This document shows positions 59,025-64,000 of a stretch of DNA of 64,000 bases, in pieces. Numbering within the stretch: position 1 is the first letter of the stretch; each line of letters begins with the position of its first letter. The translations under genes and the position numbers were made by a program. The notes beneath the pieces were generated by a model that saw only the letters and a program-made list of their open reading frames with translations, ran no database searches and was not told the DNA's origin. The DNA is taken from NCBI GenBank assembly GCA_963777605.1, contig CAVZRV010000007.1, positions 640,001 to 704,000 on the forward strand, written 5' to 3'. Source of the stretch: an uncultured Acidobacteriota bacterium. GTDB taxonomy: Bacteria > Acidobacteriota > UBA6911 > RPQK01 > JAPXNP01.

Positions 59025-59771
59025 TCACGCTCCCTTTCTCGCCAGGTTAGTGGCTTCTCGATCCTCCCCTGGGTAGAGACTGAAGACCGTTCGGAAACCT
59101 TGCTTCATGGCATCGGCCAGTTCCGGAAAATCCACCCGCCGCCCCGCCGCCTCAACGACCGAGATCATTCGGCTTTGCAGCATAGCAGGGGAGTATCCCA
59201 GTACCCTCCCCATCTGCTGATAATCGATTTCGATCGGCACCGAGCCATGCTGGAGAACCGACCTGCGCAGGCGCCTCTGCGCACTCCCGGCAACCTTGCG
59301 GCCCTCAACCAGCAGCTCGTAGCGGGACGGCGAGGCAAAGCACGGCTTTTGAACCACTCCGCGGAGCCGAACCGACTCCTCCAGCTCGGCACGGGCAGGC
59401 TGGACCGGCACCCCGACTAGTTCGAGACCCAACTGGAGGGCCTTCGCGATCCGTCGGTAGGTTTCCTCGATCCTACGACCGGTCAACTCTGGATCGTTGG
59501 AAACCACCGCATAGGTGAGTTCGGCACCGTGGAACACAGCCCGTCCCCCGGTCGGACGACGAATCCACGGGATTCCGCGACTTTGGCAATAGCCCAGATC
59601 CAAGGCCCGCGCCACCGTCTGGTGGCGTCCAATCGACACCGCTGCCGGATCCCACTGGTAGAAGCGACACACGGTTATCCGTGACACGCTCTCCTCGGCA
59701 AGGGAAAGCAGCCGGAGGTCCTCCTCCATGTTCCAGTGCCCGTCTCGGGGAGGATCAATTCTCAGACCCAT
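59025..59771 (-). CDS. Lipoate-protein ligase family protein (LplA/LipM-like)
   Basis: WNMEED, RFYQW...VSIG, RRPTGGRAVFH, ELTY, CF, GRKVAGSAQ, LQHGS. Start may be 59798. Confidence 0.88.
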   Translation of the reverse strand: MGLRIDPPRDGHWNMEEDLRLLSLAEESVSRITVCRFYQWDPAAVSIGRHQTVARALDLGYCQSRGIPWIRRPTGGRAVFHGAELTYAVVSNDPELTGRRIEETYRRIAKALQLGLELVGVPVQPARAELEESVRLRGVVQKPCFASPSRYELLVEGRKVAGSAQRRLRRSVLQHGSVPIEIDYQQMGRVLGYSPAMLQSRMISVVEAAGRRVDFPELADAMKQGFRTVFSLYPGEDREATNLARKGA

Positions 59772-59870
59772 CTGTTTGCCCACCCGGACTCCTCCCAAAA
59801 CCGCACCTGCAGGACGAAGTTGCCCTCAGCCGCAAGAGAGGTTGCCGCTGCCATCGTCGTTGTTCGCCAC

Positions 59871-60989
59871 CTAAAAGAGATGTTCAACCGAAGTAAAAGG
59901 CACTCCCTGCGCCTCGGATACCGGCCGGCATGTGATTTTGCCCCGGTACACGTTGATCCCGTTCAGCAGGTGGCGGTCTTGTCGAGCCGCTTCGTCGATC
60001 CCCATCGAGGCAATCCGGCGGGCATACGGAAGGGTTACGTTGGTCAGGGCCCGGGTCGATGTCCGGGGCATGGCTCCCGGCATGTTGGTTACACAGTAGT
60101 GAAGGACACCATCCACTTCATAAACGGGATCACTGTGGGTCGTCGGCCGGGTCGTCTCGCAGCATCCTCCCTGGTCAACTGCCACGTCAACAATGACCGA
60201 ACCGGACTTCATGCCGGAAACCATTTCGCGAGTCACGATCTTGGGGGCATTCGCCCCCGGGATCAGAACGCCTCCGATCACCAGGTCCGCTAACTTGAGC
60301 GATTCAGCCACATGCATGGGGTTCGACATCACGGTCTCCACCCTGCCGAAATAGAGATCATCGATATATCGGAGCTTCTCCACGTCCAGGTCGAGGACGC
60401 TGACCTGGGCTCCGAGCCCCATCGCCATCTTGGTCGCGTTGAGGCCAACGATTCCGGCGCCGAGTACCACGACCAGGGCCGGACGCACACCCGGCACTCC
60501 CCCCAGCAGCACTCCCCTGCCGCCGCGGGGCTTCTGCAAGTAATACGTCCCCACGATTGTGGCCATCCGGCCCGCAATCTCGCTCATTGGAGTCAACAAC
60601 GGGAGGTGCCCACGAGGATCGGTAATCGTTTCATAGGCAACCGCGATCACCTTTCGCTCGACCAGCACACGGGTCAACTCCGGCAGTGGAGACAGGTGAA
60701 AATAGCCGAATACGATCTGACCTTCTCTGAGGCGGTGGTACTCTTCAGCCACCGGCTCTTTGACCTTGACGATCAGTTCGGCCTGCTCAAATACATCATC
60801 GGCAGTCGCCAGGATCTCCGCACCCGCTGCCACATACTCTTCGTCGCTGAAACCGGAACCGTCTCCCGCTCCTCTTTCCACAAGGACCTGGTGCCCATCG
60901 CCACAAAGGCTATGTACCCCGGCTGGTACCAAACCCACTCGATACTCGTTGTCTTTGACTTCTCGCGGTAATCCGATGTTCATACTCAT
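59871..60989 (-). CDS. ald: Alanine dehydrogenase
   Basis: [58 protein letters not shown]. Confidence 0.96.
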   Translation of the reverse strand: MSMNIGLPREVKDNEYRVGLVPAGVHSLCGDGHQVLVERGAGDGSGFSDEEYVAAGAEILATADDVFEQAELIVKVKEPVAEEYHRLREGQIVFGYFHLSPLPELTRVLVERKVIAVAYETITDPRGHLPLLTPMSEIAGRMATIVGTYYLQKPRGGRGVLLGGVPGVRPALVVVLGAGIVGLNATKMAMGLGAQVSVLDLDVEKLRYIDDLYFGRVETVMSNPMHVAESLKLADLVIGGVLIPGANAPKIVTREMVSGMKSGSVIVDVAVDQGGCCETTRPTTHSDPVYEVDGVLHYCVTNMPGAMPRTSTRALTNVTLPYARRIASMGIDEAARQDRHLLNGINVYRGKITCRPVSEAQGVPFTSVEHLF

Positions 60990-61015
60990 GCGATTCTAAT
61001 TGCGGGAAATTGAAA

Positions 61016-61070
61016 TGAAAAGAGCCCGTGATTCCGCCCCGTTGGGCGAAACCAACGAAGAATCACGGGC
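61016..61070 (-). terminator. Hairpin terminator between degP and ald
   Basis: 11-bp stem GCCCGTGATTC / GAATCACGGGC with an inner CGTTGG/CCAACG stem, followed on the minus strand by TCTTTTCATTT. Confidence 0.6.
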
Positions 61071-61094
61071 CCTGATATCAGCCTGACCAGCGGG

Positions 61095-62750
61095 TCAAGG
61101 CTTCACGAACGACGTGTAGGCAATCGACTTCTGGACACCGGCACCCGAAGGAGCGGTTCCAACAACCCGAAGCACGACCCCCGAACCGGAAGCAACAGCC
61201 GTCACGGCGTCCTTGAAGGCTTTCGCCGTCATGACCGGCTGGCCGTTGACGTGGGTGATGACCAGGCGCGGACGGAGTCCGGCATCATCCGCCAGGCTGG
61301 CCGGGGTCACATCTAGAATCAGAACACCCTTCTCATCGGGAAGCTTCAGTTCCTCGGCGTCCCGCTCCGTCAGGGTCTGAAACTCGAGCCCGATCTCCTT
61401 GGGCTTCTCGGCAGGTGCCGGTTCTTCCTCAAATGAATAGCCCTTGCTGTCGGCCCGCGCCTGGGCTTCAAGAGTGCGCTCAGCCAACTCCACCTGGGTT
61501 TGGACGATCTCACCATGGCGCACCACGATAACCGGGACTTTCTTTCCGGGAGGCGTATTCGCCACAGCCGTTCGCAAGTCCCAAAGGCCTTCGATTTCAC
61601 GACCACCAAACTTGACGATCACATCTTCGGGGCGGATCCCGGCCTTTGCTGCCGGCCCGCTGTCACTGGGCTCTCCGGTTTCATCGATCAACTGAGTGAT
61701 CACGACACCGTCGCCGTCCTTGATGCCTTCCTTGTCCTTGCCGACGACACCGAAGTACTTCGCCAGTTCCGGGGACATGGGGAAGGTGTTCATGGAAACG
61801 CCAAGCCAGCCGCGCTGGATCTTGCCGCCATTGATCAGCTGATTATAGGAGTTCACGAAAACAGCCGACGGGATCGCAAAACCAATCCCGGCAAACTGCC
61901 CCGTCCGAGTCGAGATGAACGTATTGATCCCGACGATCTGACCATTCAGGTTGACCAGAGGACCTCCACTGTTGCCCGGGTTGATGGCCGCGTCGGTCTG
62001 AATGTAGTCACTGAACGACTGGGTTTCCGGGACCACCCGCTTGGTGGCCGAAACAATGCCCGCGGTCACCGTCTGCTCGTAGCCGAAGGGACTCCCGACC
62101 GCGATCACCCAGTCTCCGACCTGGAGGTCGGAGGAATTTCCGACTTTCGCGAAGGGAAGCGATTTGCCGACATCGATCTTGAGCACCGAAATATCAGACT
62201 CAGGATCGACCCCGACGACCCGGGCTTCGTACGTTTCGCCCCCCTGGAGCTGAACGTCGATTCGATCCGCCAGCCGGGGGCCGGAGCGATCCGCCGTCGG
62301 CGCCACGACATGATAGTTGCTCAGGATGTAACCTTCGGGATTGACGATCACGCCCGAACCCAGGCTGGCGCGCTTCTGACGGCTCGGGCCACTTCCTTCG
62401 GGACCACCGAAGAATCGCTGCCAGAAATCATCTCCGAAGAACTCCTTCATCTCCGGATGGGGATTGCTGCGGGAAACTTCCACGATCGACTCGGTGCTGA
62501 TGTTCACCACAGCCGGCTCAATAATACCGGCCACTTCGCGGAAAGCCTGCTGGAGTTGCAGCGCAGCTGAATCCGACGAAGAGGACTCCGCATCCCCCTC
62601 AATCTTGAGTTCCGCAATTTTCTCCTGGGTCGCGCTGGCAACAGGGTCGGACACCACCGATCCGATGACGATGCCCAATGCCACCGCAACTACAAGGGCA
62701 ATAAAAATCAGACCCTTTCGAGTCTGAAACCACAATTGACGATTTTCCAT
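61095..62750 (-). CDS. degP: HtrA/DegP serine protease with two PDZ domains
   Basis: GGAGG RBS; N-terminal TM; LGSGVI...SNYHVV, SDISVLK, QTDAAINPGNSGG, two PDZ-like regions. Confidence 0.92.
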   Translation of the reverse strand: MENRQLWFQTRKGLIFIALVVAVALGIVIGSVVSDPVASATQEKIAELKIEGDAESSSSDSAALQLQQAFREVAGIIEPAVVNISTESIVEVSRSNPHPEMKEFFGDDFWQRFFGGPEGSGPSRQKRASLGSGVIVNPEGYILSNYHVVAPTADRSGPRLADRIDVQLQGGETYEARVVGVDPESDISVLKIDVGKSLPFAKVGNSSDLQVGDWVIAVGSPFGYEQTVTAGIVSATKRVVPETQSFSDYIQTDAAINPGNSGGPLVNLNGQIVGINTFISTRTGQFAGIGFAIPSAVFVNSYNQLINGGKIQRGWLGVSMNTFPMSPELAKYFGVVGKDKEGIKDGDGVVITQLIDETGEPSDSGPAAKAGIRPEDVIVKFGGREIEGLWDLRTAVANTPPGKKVPVIVVRHGEIVQTQVELAERTLEAQARADSKGYSFEEEPAPAEKPKEIGLEFQTLTERDAEELKLPDEKGVLILDVTPASLADDAGLRPRLVITHVNGQPVMTAKAFKDAVTAVASGSGVVLRVVGTAPSGAGVQKSIAYTSFVKP

Positions 62751-62770
62751 TCGTTCCTCCAAATGAAACG

Positions 62771-62796
62771 GATGCTCCCGACGCAAAATCAGTTCC
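62771..62796 (-). promoter_or_regulatory. Candidate ECF-sigma promoter for degP
   Basis: Minus strand GGAACT-N15-GCATC just upstream of the RBS; degP is a classic envelope-stress sigma target. Weak motif. Confidence 0.3.
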
Positions 62797-62954
62797 AAAA
62801 ATGCGCCAAGACAAGTTGCCGCCCGGCAGAATGCTCCAGTTCGAACGACTGCGAGCGGTTCCCCCGTTTGCCCAAAACGGGCGACAGGCTGGGCACCGGC
62901 AGAAACCGACTCACTCAATTATACGAATCTATTCGAATGCGAGTTCTCATTCAC

Positions 62955-64000
62955 TCAATTTCCCGAACTCGCGGACCCCTTCCGGAAGTACCGCCTGGCG
63001 GCGGCCACGACCTTCGGGGAAAGGAGCAGCACCGCGATCATGTTCGGAAATGCCATGAGGGCGAAGGCCGTGTCGATCAGGTTGACCACGGCACGGGCAC
63101 TCCAGACTGCCGCAACCCAGAGCGAACCCAGGTAGATGAAATCGTAGATGCGTTCCCGTTCCGCTCCAAACAGGAAGCTGAAGCACTTCTTTCCATAGTA
63201 CGAGTAGCCGAACATGGTCGAGAGGGCGAACAGCGTCACGACAACGGTCAGGAGAAGTAGGCCGGCAGATCCCATCGACTCCTCGAACGCCTTTGCCGTG
63301 AGGGTGACCCCCTCGATCCCGGCGGTCTCCCGCCACAGACCGCTGCTCAGAATGACGAACGCGGTGAGCGAACAGACGGCTAACGTGTCGATGACCGGCT
63401 CGATCATCGCAGCAAGGCCCTCCTGAATCGGCTCGCTCGTCTTGGCGGCTCCGTGGGCCATGGGAGAGGTGCCGATGCCGGCCTCGTTGGAAAACGCGGC
63501 TCGCTTGATCCCGGTCTGGATAACAGCGATGAGACCGATCCCCGCCGCTCCACCCGCCGCGGCAGTTCCAGTGAAAGCATCGTGAAAAACGAGTTCCACC
63601 ACTTCGGGAAGGCGGTGAAGGTTTGTCGATGCAATGATCAGGGCACCGATGAGATAGAGAAGACACATCGCCGGCACGAGCGCGCTCGCGACGCGGGCGA
63701 TCCGGGTGACGCCTCCCAAAACAACGATTCCGACCAGAACCATCGTCAGCAACCCGGTCGTTGAACGATTGAGCCCGTATGTCAGGTCGAGCATCTCCGC
63801 CAACTGGTTCGCCTGGAAAAGAGCCAGGCAGCCGACCGTTCCGCAGAGAGAGAAGAACAGCGCCAGTGGGCGGGCCTTTGGGCCCAGCCCCTCCTGCATA
63901 TAGTACATCGGCCCGCCCTGGAGCCTGCCGAGGGAGTCCCTTCCGCGAAACATGACCGCCAGCGAGCAGGAAAAGAACTTGGTGGCCATGCCCACAAAAG
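62955..64000 (-). CDS. Alanine/glycine:cation symporter (AGCS family), 5' end outside window
   Basis: GMATKF, GGPMYY, QAN, RAAFSNEAGIG, IDTL.VCSLTA, LFALST..GYSYYG, MAFPN. Confidence 0.93.
   Translation of the reverse strand, partial: FVGMATKFFSCSLAVMFRGRDSLGRLQGGPMYYMQEGLGPKARPLALFFSLCGTVGCLALFQANQLAEMLDLTYGLNRSTTGLLTMVLVGIVVLGGVTRIARVASALVPAMCLLYLIGALIIASTNLHRLPEVVELVFHDAFTGTAAAGGAAGIGLIAVIQTGIKRAAFSNEAGIGTSPMAHGAAKTSEPIQEGLAAMIEPVIDTLAVCSLTAFVILSSGLWRETAGIEGVTLTAKAFEESMGSAGLLLLTVVVTLFALSTMFGYSYYGKKCFSFLFGAERERIYDFIYLGSLWVAAVWSARAVVNLIDTAFALMAFPNMIAVLLLSPKVVAAARRYFRKGSASSGN

Overview
A gene-dense, high-GC bacterial chromosome segment with about 47 genes. The organism is a diderm (lpxD, TonB-dependent receptor), and the gene content points to Acidobacteriota or similar (inference from expanded CRTAC1/ASPIC-UnbV and TPR proteins, a GWxTD protein and an Oar-type TBDR). 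No rRNA, tRNA, CRISPR array, transposase, integrase or phage gene was seen. Contents in order: an 11.5-kb minus-strand block of four FG-GAP/ASPIC-UnbV proteins and a TPR protein headed by a carotenoid-oxygenase gene; housekeeping genes (yjbQ, hemQ/chdC, DsbA-like, PLP decarboxylase, ROK, PIG-L, MFS, leuA-leuC-leuD-nfi); a paraoxonase-like gene and a Fur-ferritin-like fusion; a TBDR with a sigma54-type promoter and TPR/GWxTD/CRTAC1 neighbours; lpxD; a nine-heme cytochrome locus; pstSCAB-B with a Pho box; ald; degP. Best leads: (i) the UnbV-like cluster plus carotenoid oxygenase, (ii) two PstB ATPases with complementary motif degeneration implying one live and one dead ATP site, (iii) the Fur/di-iron fusion, (iv) the nine-heme cytochrome module lacking a flavoprotein, (v) a YchF-like C-terminal remnant, and (vi) several REP-like repeat families. 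Two +1 frameshifts (pstS and a DUF6178-like gene) may be sequencing errors. All family assignments are by motif recognition, not database search.
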